Source: Patescibacteria group bacterium
GTDB taxonomy: Bacteria > Patescibacteriota > Microgenomatia > UBA1400 > PJMF01
Reading direction: 5' to 3'
NCBI GenBank assembly: GCA_045541795.1
Contig: JAZQJV010000009.1
Span: forward strand, 7,460-71,459
Length of the DNA: 64,000 nucleotides
Shown here: positions 1 to 8,960 of the stretch, piece by piece
Layout: every line of letters starts with the position of its first letter
Position numbering within the stretch: position 1 is the first letter of the stretch
Notes under the pieces: model-generated
What the model saw: the letters and a program-made list of their open reading frames with translations, nothing else
Told to the model about the DNA's origin: nothing
The model's database searches: none
Translations under genes and position numbers: made by a program

Positions 1-26
1 CGGCAAAATTGCTTAATCTGCAATTT

Positions 27-167
27 TGTGTGGCACAAAATGCTACACGTGTGGCATTACTTTGCGATTTTCGCCTGGAAAATATATCATAAATTGTGTG
101 GCATTTTGATGCGTTTGTGTGGCACTCGCGTATTAGCGTGTGGCATTTTGAGTACAAAATGTGTACA
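27..167. repeat. Dispersed ~140-bp element with five GTGTGGCA iterations (copy 1)
   Basis: GTGTGGCA at 28, 49, 96, 117, 138 (21/47/21/21 spacing); near-identical copy at 10354-10494. Confidence 0.9.
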
Positions 168-2015
168 TTACCAGGAACCGCCCCCGCCTCCTCCACCGCC
201 GCCACCACTCACTCCCCCACCAGAACTGCCGCTGCTACTTGGTGAGGAAGCCATCACGCTGGAAGCATTGGACATCGTAGAGCCGACAAAATGAGCGAAG
301 TGTGCCGCGTCAAAGGCATTGGGCGAACTGTACCAGTCTGGCGGCTCGAGGGCGATGTCGCGGAAACGATCTACCCAGACGCTGGAGACGCCGAGGGCGA
401 AAGTATACGGTAAGATGTTATAAAAGTATGATGGATTTTGCGCGACCAGGGCTTCGAGTTTGGGCTTTTCGGCAGTTTCCAGGAAACGTTTGAAACCACG
501 CACTTTTCCCAGCAGGACGGTGCCTTCATGAGTCGGCCGTCCCATAAACCCTGCAGCTACTAGACAACCAATACTAGCAAAAAGGCCGATCACATCCAAA
601 ACCATAGCTGTGGGCTCATCACTTAGCAGTGGCATGATAAACATAAACCAGATGACCAGCGAAAAGATACTAGCGCCGATCAAGCCGAGCCGGCGATTCC
701 ATGCCGATTTACCCAGGCAAGCGGCAAGGAAGAAACTGCCCACGGCAATGTCGGCGGCGATAATTTCCATGATGGTGTGGCCGTTTTGGACAGCGGGCAC
801 GCCGAGGACGAGATTAAAAGCAAGTAGCGATACAAGCATAAACCAAAGCTGGTAACGGTCGGCGGTAGCATCCCACCAAAGTGACTTTCTTTGCTGAGTC
901 AAAATCGTAGAGACTTTAGCGAGCGTGCGATAAAAGCTGTTTTCTAAATCAGTGCCGTCGACACTGGAGCTGGTGGCAAATAGGCCGTCAAAAAATTCCT
1001 GCTCAGCTTCATTATGGCCGTCGTAATTTTTGAGCCGTTCGATGCGGAACGACTTTTTGCGGCTTTTAAGGCCGGTATCAATAATGCGGACGTAGCCTTT
1101 GTCTGCCAAGTAAAGCAGCAGGGAGACAGAACTATCCGTAGTGACGGCGCCGTGATACGCATAGCCGATCTCTGCAGAATTAAGACCGTCTGGTGGGTAA
1201 AATTCCACCGTTTCCACGACGGGCTCATCGCGACCATACTGTGTCCAAAGCCAGTAGCCGGCGCCAGCAGCTGTCAGAGCAAAAATGACGGATAGAAGGA
1301 CGGGATAATTAAAAGGGAAACCGGCGCCCACAAAATAACCTTCGGGTAAGGTCAGGCGCAGAGTGACGGCTTCACCAGCACTGATGCCTGCCGGGACAGA
1401 GCCAGTGATTTGCTGACCGGTGACAGTATACTCAGCGCGGGACGGATCAATGCTGCCCGCGCGCCCCACGCTCAGGCCGAGGGTAGTAGTTTCAAATTCC
1501 TTGGGCAAAGCGATGGTAAACGTCACCTCGTCCATGCCCACATCCCAGCCGTCGCCGACTAGATTGTAATAGAATTCATCTACATCAGAGAGCGGATCGG
1601 CGCCCGCATTGTAGGTGTATTTGATGACATATTGTTGCGGCCCGATGACGGTTTGCTCTTCATCTCCCAGGCGGATGCGAGTATCTTGCATGGAGCTAGA
1701 AACAGCATACGGCACGTTGGCGGAGATGTGAGTAATCTGGACACGGCTGTTACTAGTAGTGCCATCAGCGCGGACTAAACGCGCTTGGCGCGGCAGAGTG
1801 CGGTAAATGCCGTGGCGAGCCTGGTGAAAATCGACGTCAATGGTTTCGGTGACGGCATAGGTGTTGTTTTCGTGGACGTCGATGTGGACGTCAAAATGAG
1901 TAATGCTATAACCACCGGCAGAAGTAGCAGCTTGGAGCGGAGCAAGGGCAGCGTTCAGGAGAAAGCTGCAGGCCGCAACCAGCGAAAATAGTAAGCGAAA
2001 ACCGCGCTTTATCAT
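168..2015 (-). CDS. DUF2207 (YciQ-like) membrane protein
   Basis: 615 aa; signal peptide, TM segments, LPYTFALGV motif and C-terminal GGGGGGGGGGSW; directly downstream of lemA as is usual. Confidence 0.88.
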   Translation of the reverse strand: MIKRGFRLLFSLVAACSFLLNAALAPLQAATSAGGYSITHFDVHIDVHENNTYAVTETIDVDFHQARHGIYRTLPRQARLVRADGTTSNSRVQITHISANVPYAVSSSMQDTRIRLGDEEQTVIGPQQYVIKYTYNAGADPLSDVDEFYYNLVGDGWDVGMDEVTFTIALPKEFETTTLGLSVGRAGSIDPSRAEYTVTGQQITGSVPAGISAGEAVTLRLTLPEGYFVGAGFPFNYPVLLSVIFALTAAGAGYWLWTQYGRDEPVVETVEFYPPDGLNSAEIGYAYHGAVTTDSSVSLLLYLADKGYVRIIDTGLKSRKKSFRIERLKNYDGHNEAEQEFFDGLFATSSSVDGTDLENSFYRTLAKVSTILTQQRKSLWWDATADRYQLWFMLVSLLAFNLVLGVPAVQNGHTIMEIIAADIAVGSFFLAACLGKSAWNRRLGLIGASIFSLVIWFMFIMPLLSDEPTAMVLDVIGLFASIGCLVAAGFMGRPTHEGTVLLGKVRGFKRFLETAEKPKLEALVAQNPSYFYNILPYTFALGVSSVWVDRFRDIALEPPDWYSSPNAFDAAHFAHFVGSTMSNASSVMASSPSSSGSSGGGVSGGGGGGGGGGSW

Positions 2016-2018
2016 GAG

Positions 2019-2567
2019 TTATGAGGAAAAATCAACTTTCACATTTTCACGCTCGGCAGCGGCCGCTTCAAACATCTTTTCTGGCTGGAAGCCAAACATG
2101 CCGGCAAAAATGACATTGGGGAAAACTTGTAAGCTATCATTGTAGCTGCGCACGGTGCCGTTGTAATATTTGCGGCTTTGAGCGATGTCGTCTTCGAGCT
2201 TGCCGAGATCGGCTTGGAGCTGACCAAAATTGGTGCTGGCTTTCAGCTCCGGGTAATTTTCAGCGACGGCAATGATTTTACTGATCGCGCCAGAAAGTTT
2301 TTGGTTGAGATCGATTTTATCTTCACTGGAGAGATTATCGTAACTGCCGGAGCGCAGTTCGGTTAATTCCTTGAAAGTGCTTTCTTCATGTTTGGCGTAG
2401 CCTTTTACCGTCTCGACGAGATTGGGAATGAGATCCCAGCGTTTTTTGAGGTAGACATCCATGGTGGAGAAGGCCTCACGCACGAGGTTACGACCTTTGA
2501 CCATGCCATTGTACATAAAGACTAACCAGACTGCGAGAACAGCAACGATGACCAATGCAATAAGCAT
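2019..2567 (-). CDS. lemA: LemA family protein
   Basis: N-terminal TM, KKRWDLIPNLVETVKGYAKHE, AENYPELKA, RKYYN, FPNVIFA motifs; AGAAAGG RBS. Confidence 0.93.
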   Translation of the reverse strand: MLIALVIVAVLAVWLVFMYNGMVKGRNLVREAFSTMDVYLKKRWDLIPNLVETVKGYAKHEESTFKELTELRSGSYDNLSSEDKIDLNQKLSGAISKIIAVAENYPELKASTNFGQLQADLGKLEDDIAQSRKYYNGTVRSYNDSLQVFPNVIFAGMFGFQPEKMFEAAAAERENVKVDFSS

Positions 2568-2643
2568 AATTCCTTTCTGACTACGTGGCTGATTTTATCA
2601 CGACAGTGGCCACTCGTCAAGTAGGAAAATACGTGTGCAACTT

Positions 2644-2732
2644 ATTTGTTTTTGTTTGTACTTTGTTTGTTCACTTTTTCCAGATGTATTTGTTAAACAT
2701 TTGTTTAACATTTGTAAAACGTTTGTAAAACA
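2644..2732. repeat. Dispersed ~90-bp element with 11-bp TTTGTTAAACA-type iterations (copy 1)
   Basis: tttgtttgttcactttttccagatgt core plus tttgttaaaca repeats; copies at 19415-19497 and 41545-41634. Confidence 0.85.
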
Positions 2733-2753
2733 AAAACCCCGCCGGGGCGGGGT
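2732..2753 (-). terminator. Intrinsic terminator of pilin gene
   Basis: accccgcc-c-cggcggggt hairpin followed by U-tract on the minus strand; same sequence at 3301-3322. Confidence 0.75.
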
Positions 2754-2777
2754 GAAAATGACTTTTTGTGATTGGTG

Positions 2778-3221
2778 TTAGCCGCTAATACTGACGAATT
2801 TGACGTCTGTGGTATTAAAGGCGAGCGTGAGTACCAGCCGATAGATTGCCCACACGGAGGCGAGTACGAGCAAACCGATAACAGCGTAAAGCATTTTGTT
2901 GCGGGCGGACTCCACTTTACTGGCTTCACCGTCTGACGTAATCCAGCCGATAGCACCCATGATTAAGTAGTAAAGAGCAACCAGCGCCCCAGCCACGATG
3001 ACAATAGTGATCGCACGTTGGATGACGGTGCCCGCATCAGTGGCGACTTTCCAGCCACCGTCCTTAGGAGCAAGACTAGAAACCGTTAGACCGGCGGCAC
3101 CGCCGTCAGCAGCTAAGGCTTGTTTGGGAGATCCAATGGAGGTTGCGCTTAATTGGGTCAGCATCGCGCCCACACTAAGTAGGCTTAGAAAATACTTTTT
3201 CATACTTTTTTTCTTCAACAT
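2778..3221 (-). CDS. CPR-type pilin (VirB2/TrbC-like)
   Basis: Signal peptide plus two TM helices joined by GAIGWITSDGEASKVESARNKMLYAVIGL. Confidence 0.82.
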   Translation of the reverse strand: MLKKKSMKKYFLSLLSVGAMLTQLSATSIGSPKQALAADGGAAGLTVSSLAPKDGGWKVATDAGTVIQRAITIVIVAGALVALYYLIMGAIGWITSDGEASKVESARNKMLYAVIGLLVLASVWAIYRLVLTLAFNTTDVKFVSISG

Positions 3222-3300
3222 AGTGTCCTTTTTACACTTGTGTAATTGCTAATTGTAATTATAAGCAAAAAACAGGTACTTGTCAAATAGTAATTATACC

Positions 3301-3322
3301 AAAAACCCCGCCGGGGCGGGGT
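3301..3322 (-). terminator. Intrinsic terminator of pilin gene
   Basis: Same GC hairpin and U-tract as 2732-2753. Confidence 0.75.
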
Positions 3323-3342
3323 TTGAGATGTTTCCCTGTAGA

Positions 3343-3789
3343 TTAGTTAGTGGGGACAGCGACGGTGATGGAACCTGAGTTGGATTGACTATCGACGAAG
3401 CTCTTCATCTTGACGTCGCCGCCAAAAGCAAGTTGGAGCACAAGCTGGAAGATCGCCCAGACAGCCGCAAGGATCAGCAAACCGATAACGGCCGCTGTGA
3501 TCTTATTGCGGGCTTCCTCAACTTTGCCCTTGTCACCGCCAGAAGTGATCCAGGCGATCGCGCCCATGATAAGGTAGAAAAGAGTGAGGAGAGCGGCGAC
3601 CACGATCACCAAGGTGATGATAGTGCGGATCAGTGTAGAAGCGTTAGTAGCGACATTAACGCCATCTGGAGTAGTAGTGTTGGTGCCGAGCAAATTATCG
3701 TTGGCAGCGCCGACGTTACTCACTACACCCGCACCCACCACTAATGCCGCGGCAGACGCAAGAGCAGCTTTTTGCAAAAAATTTTTCAT
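3343..3789 (-). CDS. CPR-type pilin (VirB2/TrbC-like)
   Basis: GAIAWITSGGDKGKVEEARNKITAAVIGL motif; AGAAAGG RBS. Confidence 0.85.
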   Translation of the reverse strand: MKNFLQKAALASAAALVVGAGVVSNVGAANDNLLGTNTTTPDGVNVATNASTLIRTIITLVIVVAALLTLFYLIMGAIAWITSGGDKGKVEEARNKITAAVIGLLILAAVWAIFQLVLQLAFGGDVKMKSFVDSQSNSGSITVAVPTN

Positions 3790-3885
3790 GCTTTGCCTTT
3801 CTAAATTTTTGCTTTTTTCATTTGGAATGATTGTAACATAATAATTTCTACTTTGTCAAGCGGGGAAAAATGTGGTTTTATGGTC

Positions 3886-3913
3886 TTGACAAAAACGAAA
3901 ATTGTGATATAAT
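3886..3913 (+). promoter_or_regulatory. Sigma70 promoter firing antisense into the pemK 3' end
   Basis: TTGACA 3886-3891, 16-bp spacer, TG-a-TATAAT 3908-3913; no plus-strand ORF follows. Confidence 0.7.
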
Positions 3914-3919
3914 ATTACT

Positions 3920-3992
3920 ATATTTAGTCGAGGTTAATCTCGATTCGGGAATACCCGCGGCCCCCTTGTCATTGGCAAGGGGGAGTATTTTT
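3920..3992 (+). ncRNA. Candidate small RNA antisense to the pemK 3' end (putative RNA antitoxin)
   Basis: Promoter-driven; hairpins agtcgag/ctcgatt, cggg/cccg, cccccttg/caaggggg, then agtattttt; overlaps the pemK stop. Confidence 0.5.
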
Positions 3993-4388
3993 AAAGATAA
4001 GTTTTTGAAAGCTCTCTTTTACTAGTTCTAGGTCGTTTTGAGGAACTTGCCCCATGCGATCTGCTAAACGCAAAACGCTGAACGTCCTAGATTGAGACAA
4101 GAGCGCAGTCTGTTTTTTGTTTTTGAAGTCGAAGGATTGATACCACGGCCCGTTTTTGGCGCGGCTGCTAAGCGGAATTCCTAAGAAGTGACTTCGGCCA
4201 AATTTCCGTATGATAAGAACCGGCCTGACATATCGCTTTCCTTTGCCATAAACTTCGACTCCTAAGTTATATCCCACATGACACCACCAGACTTCACCCT
4301 CCTTAAAATAAGGCATGTTCTTCTTGCGTGCGAGTACATTCTTTATCTGCGCCCATTCATCTAATAGTATTGCTTGCTCTTCAATCAT
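3969..4388 (-). CDS. PemK/MazF-family endoribonuclease (orphan)
   Basis: FKEGEVWWCHVGYNLGVEVYGKG..RPVLII..GIPLSS..LLSQSRTFS..RL; leaderless TGGTATAAT at 4404-4396. Confidence 0.88.
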   Translation of the reverse strand: MIEEQAILLDEWAQIKNVLARKKNMPYFKEGEVWWCHVGYNLGVEVYGKGKRYVRPVLIIRKFGRSHFLGIPLSSRAKNGPWYQSFDFKNKKQTALLSQSRTFSVLRLADRMGQVPQNDLELVKESFQKLIFKNTPPCQ

Positions 4389-4495
4389 CTTGTGTATTAT
4401 ACCATAAGAGTATAGTTTTATATAATGTGATCGGATGGTAGTCTATAATACAGCGGCCCCTTGATTGCTCAAGAGGACGCTGTTTAATTGCACTA

Positions 4496-4524
4496 AGTAT
4501 ACCATATGTTTTCGCTTTTGTCAA
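4496..4524 (-). promoter_or_regulatory. Upstream sigma70 promoter for pemK with hairpin leader
   Basis: TTGACA (4524-4519)-17-TATACT (4501-4496); hairpin 4450-4483 follows. Confidence 0.65.
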
Positions 4525-4534
4525 AAAACGCAAA

Positions 4535-4556
4535 CTCCCCGGACGAAGCCGGGGAG
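4535..4556 (-). terminator. Intrinsic terminator of cassette A
   Basis: ctccccgg-cttcgt-ccggggag then tttgcgtttttt on the minus strand. Confidence 0.8.
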
Positions 4557-4610
4557 GAAAAACAAACGAATGAACTGAGAATGGGCGCAAAAGGTCAAGA
4601 AAAAAAACTA

Positions 4611-5630
4611 CTACTTCCTGCCTTTTTTTGCAGCCTTTTTGGGAGCTGCTTTTTTGCCGGTATTGGTGCGTTCGGGGAGAGGCTTGCCGCTCTGGTCGAG
4701 GCGGACAAGCGTAGGTACACCGTTTGCAAACTGCGGTTTTTCAGGAAGATACCTGGTCAGAGTGCGGAACTTGCCCTCAAGGAGCAGTCGATCACAGATC
4801 AAATCTGCATCGACTTTCTCTCCGGGCTGTGCCAAGTAGATGGCAAAGTACGACGGATCCCCTTGCCGCTTATAGCCTTCCTTTTGAAGGTCGCGACCAT
4901 GTTCCATCTCGTCCTGAAGCCACTCACGAGGGGTCATGTAGATATAGTTGAGTGCCGCCTCGTCGAAGCCTTCACGAAGATTGCCGCCCTTGCCGTAAGT
5001 CAAAAATCCGCCGCCGTCTGTCGTAGTGTCGTTGTCGTCGAGAGTTTTGCGTCCCCTAAAATCTATGAGGACGTTGAACCAAACTTTCATTGAGGTTCCG
5101 TTGTTGTCTTTGCACTGCATGGTTCTCTGGCTCGACACAACGATTCCGTAAACCACTCGCTTGGCGCTGGAACCCATCGGACTCCAGATCGAGCTAGAAC
5201 CGTCAGACATACCGTTGATGTCCGTGACAGGCCAGACACGACGCGCGCCGGCAAACAGATACTTCCTGTCGCCAGGGCGATACTTCCCGTGACCCTGAAA
5301 GACGTTGACAAGTCTCTGTCCGTCCCCGTCTCGGAGCCAGACCTTCACGAACTGAAGGTCGCGTTCCTCATCGCCTTCGCGATATCCTGCAGCCTCGGCC
5401 TCGGATACCGGAATGTAATAAGGATCGACCCCAGCCGCTTCCAAGATCTCGGCTGCTTCCTCAATGGAGATTCCCTTTGACTCGGCAAGCTTAGCTGCCG
5501 GCCATTCCGGATTCACATCTTTGGAGACAGTCATCTCCGCGGTCTCAACATCCGCCGATTCTGCTGCAAACGAAGCCGAAACCGTAAGAACGAGCGCGAA
5601 AACCAAAACTAAACCGAATACCTTTTTCAT
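4611..5630 (-). CDS. Secreted hypothetical protein with Lys/Ala-rich C-tail (cassette A)
   Basis: Start reassigned to ATG at 5630 (AGGAGG 5644-5639); Sec signal MKKVFGLVLVFALVLTVSASFA; C-terminus GKKAAPKKAAKKGRK. Confidence 0.75.
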   Translation of the reverse strand: MKKVFGLVLVFALVLTVSASFAAESADVETAEMTVSKDVNPEWPAAKLAESKGISIEEAAEILEAAGVDPYYIPVSEAEAAGYREGDEERDLQFVKVWLRDGDGQRLVNVFQGHGKYRPGDRKYLFAGARRVWPVTDINGMSDGSSSIWSPMGSSAKRVVYGIVVSSQRTMQCKDNNGTSMKVWFNVLIDFRGRKTLDDNDTTTDGGGFLTYGKGGNLREGFDEAALNYIYMTPREWLQDEMEHGRDLQKEGYKRQGDPSYFAIYLAQPGEKVDADLICDRLLLEGKFRTLTRYLPEKPQFANGVPTLVRLDQSGKPLPERTNTGKKAAPKKAAKKGRK

Positions 5631-5904
5631 GATACATACCTCCTGACCCCCGATAAGGGGCTGCCCCGAATGGGGACTTAGAATGTTGGTGCTCACTTTG
5701 AGAGCTACCGTCCACCCCTCGAGTACCCTCAAGTGGCAAACGGTAATTCCCAAAGCGGCTACCAGCGGTAGCATCACGAATAACCATTTCTCATTTCATT
5801 TGTTTGTTAAAGGGCGCCAAGTAAACTCGGCACTGTCTTGGTTTCCGTGTCCACTGTATGAGTGCTTCACCCATAAGCGGACTTATCGTGACCAAAACAC
5901 CTAT

Positions 5905-5943
5905 ATTATATCACACTATGTCAATTTTGTCAAGAGGCAATTT
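5905..5943 (-). promoter_or_regulatory. Conserved cassette promoter A
   Basis: aaattgcctcTTGACAaaattgacatagtgtgaTATAAT; near-identical at 24063, 43808, 52061. Confidence 0.85.
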
Positions 5944-6955
5944 CCAGGCGGAAGAGCAGTGGAAAGGCATTATAGACCATTTCCCAAATGGCGATCATAT
6001 CGTGCTCGCCCTCGGGCTTGATAAAGTAGACGAGCCTGTCTGGCGTGAAGGTCTGGTGGCGGCGCATGAGTTCCATGAGCTGACTATCTATCTGGCGGTA
6101 AAAAATATCTTTGGTGCCGTTGGTCTGGATAATGAGGAAAGGGTGCGGGCCGGCTTGGGCGGTGCGCTCGAGGACGTCGGCGGTTTCCCAGGTACGTTCA
6201 TAGCCACCGTTTTGAGTGATTGTCCAACTGTCGCCGCTTATAGGTACAAAGTAGGCAAAAAGATCAAGCGCTGACTCAAATTCATACCAGGTGGCCACCG
6301 CCCCCAGCGAGAAACCACTAAAGGCGCGGTGGAGACGACTGGCGGCTAATCCTGCCGGCGTGGTGTCGGCGGCAAAAGTGCGGTAATGGCTTTCGACCGC
6401 TGGGAGGAGATCGGCGCGGACTTCTTGGCGGAAGGCAGTGATTTCCTCGATAGAGCGGTCATAATCTTGGGAAGAGTTGTCTCGATCAAAGGTAAGCGAG
6501 ACGACGATAACGGGCGACAGGCGGCCAGAATTGATCAGGTGATCGAGTAAGTGCGGTGTACCAGCGTCTCCGAGCGTGAGAAATTCCCTATTGGTCATTT
6601 GCCAGCCGTGCAACCAGTAAATAATGTCATAGCGGGTGGCGGGGTCATCGTCGTATCCAGGCGGGAGATAGACGAGAGCGGTCTTAGTGATGGCGGAAGG
6701 CGAAGCCTGGGTGTAATCGCGTGTCTGATAGGAAAAGGTTTCCACGCGGCCGGCGGGCGAGGCTTCCTGGAAAAATTCGGCCGGGACGGGCTGAGACGCG
6801 CGCGGGCGGACTTGAGACGGAGGGAGGGTAGCTGGCGCACTTGACGGGGGGAGTGATAATGACTGGCGGTGGGCGTGCGCCAAGATGAAGGCAATAGCCA
6901 GGAAAGCCGTGAGGATGAGGGCGGAAAGCAGCGAAATGAGACCGTTTTTCTTCAT
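5930..6955 (-). CDS. Membrane-anchored alpha/beta-hydrolase esterase (CE1-like)
   Basis: VYLPPGYD, YWLHG, GFSLG nucleophile elbow, His motif EGEHD; leaderless start MKKNG after TGTTATAAT. Confidence 0.8.
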   Translation of the reverse strand: MKKNGLISLLSALILTAFLAIAFILAHAHRQSLSLPPSSAPATLPPSQVRPRASQPVPAEFFQEASPAGRVETFSYQTRDYTQASPSAITKTALVYLPPGYDDDPATRYDIIYWLHGWQMTNREFLTLGDAGTPHLLDHLINSGRLSPVIVVSLTFDRDNSSQDYDRSIEEITAFRQEVRADLLPAVESHYRTFAADTTPAGLAASRLHRAFSGFSLGAVATWYEFESALDLFAYFVPISGDSWTITQNGGYERTWETADVLERTAQAGPHPFLIIQTNGTKDIFYRQIDSQLMELMRRHQTFTPDRLVYFIKPEGEHDMIAIWEMVYNAFPLLFRLEIAS

Positions 6956-6977
6956 GAATTGATTATAACATAATTGC

Positions 6978-8954
6978 TTAGCGGTGTAAAAGGGCCCGAG
7001 CATCAATATCGCCGTCTAAAAATTCATCCAGCTGCGAGTCGGAAGTATCCAGAGTAAGCCCGGAATCACCAAGCGGGATGGCGGCGGAGACTGAAGGCTT
7101 GGGGCTTTTCCAGGGGAAAGGGCGGGCATGACTATTATCTTCAAAATGAGTGACCTCCAGGAGGGCGGGATCGAGATCATCGAGGAAACGGCTGCGAGTC
7201 ACGCCGCTCATGCCAGAATACGTCCAGCGGCGGTGACAATACGTGAAGTAAAGCTGATTTTTGGCTCGGGTGATGCCCACATAACAGAGTCGACGTTCTT
7301 CAGAGAGCTGTTCGGGATCCCAGAGAGAACGGGAATGCGGGAGGAGGTTTTCTTCCATGCCGACGAGGAAAACGGTGTCAAATTCTAGGCCCTTGGCGGA
7401 GTGCAGACTCATGAGTGTGACCTGAGCACGGTTATCGTCATCGCTGCGTTTGCCGTCTGGGCCATAATCGTCTTGAATGAGAGCGACATTTTCTAAAAAC
7501 TGATCCGTGGACGAGAACTGATTGGCGTTGGCCAGGAACTCATCGATATTTTCTAAGTGGACAAAATCTTCCGGATCATCGGCATCAAAACGATCGCGGT
7601 ATTTGGTGACGGCCAAAATGTCACGAAGCAGGTCAGCGGGCTTGGCGTCGGCGCTGTCCAGGTTGGCGGAAAACTCTTCTCGCCAAGCCAAGTAGGCGGC
7701 ATAGCGGCGCTTGCCGATTTTTTGCACCCGAGCGATGGAAACGGATTCTTTGGGGTTGACGTAAAGCCGTAAGTAGGCCAACAGATCTTTAATTTCTTTG
7801 CGCTCGTAGAATTTAAAGCCGCCCACCAGACGGTAAGGAATGGCGGCGCGTGTCAGCGCTTCTTCAAAAGCGCGCGACTGAGCATTGGTACGGTATAAAA
7901 TCGCGATGTCATCAAGGCTGTGACCTTGAGTTTGCAGGTGGGCAATTTCCTTGGCGACACTGGCCGCTTCCATGTCGCCGGTCTCGCAGTCAAAAAGTTG
8001 TAAGGGTGTGGTTTCTTTTTTGTCCGTCCATAATTGAAGGATGGGGTGATCGGTATTGTGCTGGATGACCTGTGTGGCGGCCGTGAGGATAGGCTGGATG
8101 CTGCGGTAATTTTGATCGAGGTGATAGGTTTGGATGGCGGGATAGTCCGTCTGGAGGCGCAGCATATTGTGATAATCAGCGCCGCGCCAAGCATAAATGC
8201 TCTGGCTGAAATCGCCCACGGCAAAAAGGTTGTCTTGAGGGGCAGCCAGGATCTGGCCAAGCTGATACTGAGCGGAATTAGTATCCTGATACTCGTCGAT
8301 AAGGACATGAGTGATTTGCTCCTGGTAATGGCGGCGGACATGAGCGTCTTGCTGGAGAAGTCTAAGGGCATAGTTGAGCAAGTCATCAAAATCCAAGGCG
8401 TCTTCGAGCTTGAGATTCATCTGGTAGGATGTGTAGGCGTCAGCGACAAAGCGGCTAAAATCGCCGTATGCCTGGTCGCGGTATTTTTCCGGGCTGAGGA
8501 GCTTGTTTTTGGCGTCAGAAATGGCTGCGCGGACGGCCTGAGGTTTGTAGGCTTTGGCATCCCAGCCGTTCCTTTTGTAGAGTTCTTTGAGCAGAGCGAG
8601 CTGATCATCGGCGTCGTAAATCGTGAAGTTGTGTGGAAGTTTGATCGCCGGGCCGTACTGACGTAAAATTTTGCACGAAAGTGAGTGAAAAGTACCAGAA
8701 AACGGTAAATCTAAGCCCGTGAGGGATTGCACCCGGGCTTTCATCTCGGCGGCGGCTTTATTGGTAAACGTCACCAGTAAAATCTGCTCGGGGTAAGCCT
8801 TTTTTGTGGCTAGCAAATAGGCGACACGAGCCGTGAGAACGCGAGTTTTGCCGGAGCCAGCGCCAGCCAAGACGAGAGCCGGACCATCACCGTGCTCTAC
8901 AGCCTGGCGCTGCTGACCATTAAGAGTCTCGAGGAAACCCAGATCCGGTATCAT
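6978..8954 (-). CDS. pcrA: UvrD/PcrA SF1 DNA helicase
   Basis: LAGAGSGKT, TFTNKAA, DEYQDTN, QNYRS, HSAKGLEF, EERRLCYVGITRA. Confidence 0.93.
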   Translation of the reverse strand: MIPDLGFLETLNGQQRQAVEHGDGPALVLAGAGSGKTRVLTARVAYLLATKKAYPEQILLVTFTNKAAAEMKARVQSLTGLDLPFSGTFHSLSCKILRQYGPAIKLPHNFTIYDADDQLALLKELYKRNGWDAKAYKPQAVRAAISDAKNKLLSPEKYRDQAYGDFSRFVADAYTSYQMNLKLEDALDFDDLLNYALRLLQQDAHVRRHYQEQITHVLIDEYQDTNSAQYQLGQILAAPQDNLFAVGDFSQSIYAWRGADYHNMLRLQTDYPAIQTYHLDQNYRSIQPILTAATQVIQHNTDHPILQLWTDKKETTPLQLFDCETGDMEAASVAKEIAHLQTQGHSLDDIAILYRTNAQSRAFEEALTRAAIPYRLVGGFKFYERKEIKDLLAYLRLYVNPKESVSIARVQKIGKRRYAAYLAWREEFSANLDSADAKPADLLRDILAVTKYRDRFDADDPEDFVHLENIDEFLANANQFSSTDQFLENVALIQDDYGPDGKRSDDDNRAQVTLMSLHSAKGLEFDTVFLVGMEENLLPHSRSLWDPEQLSEERRLCYVGITRAKNQLYFTYCHRRWTYSGMSGVTRSRFLDDLDPALLEVTHFEDNSHARPFPWKSPKPSVSAAIPLGDSGLTLDTSDSQLDEFLDGDIDARALLHR

Positions 8955-8960
8955 TGACTT

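Noticed and set aside
27-167. CRISPR or TIGR array interpretation of GTGTGGCA repeats
   Set aside because: 8-bp repeats with 13-bp spacers largely conserved between copies; no cas or Nop-domain gene in the window
28-294. 88-aa poly-Pro ORF
   Set aside because: Shadow of the repeat element and of the antisense Gly-rich DUF2207 tail
5631-5777. N-terminal extension of ORF 4611..5777
   Set aside because: SD and signal peptide place the start at 5630; the extension is leader RNA
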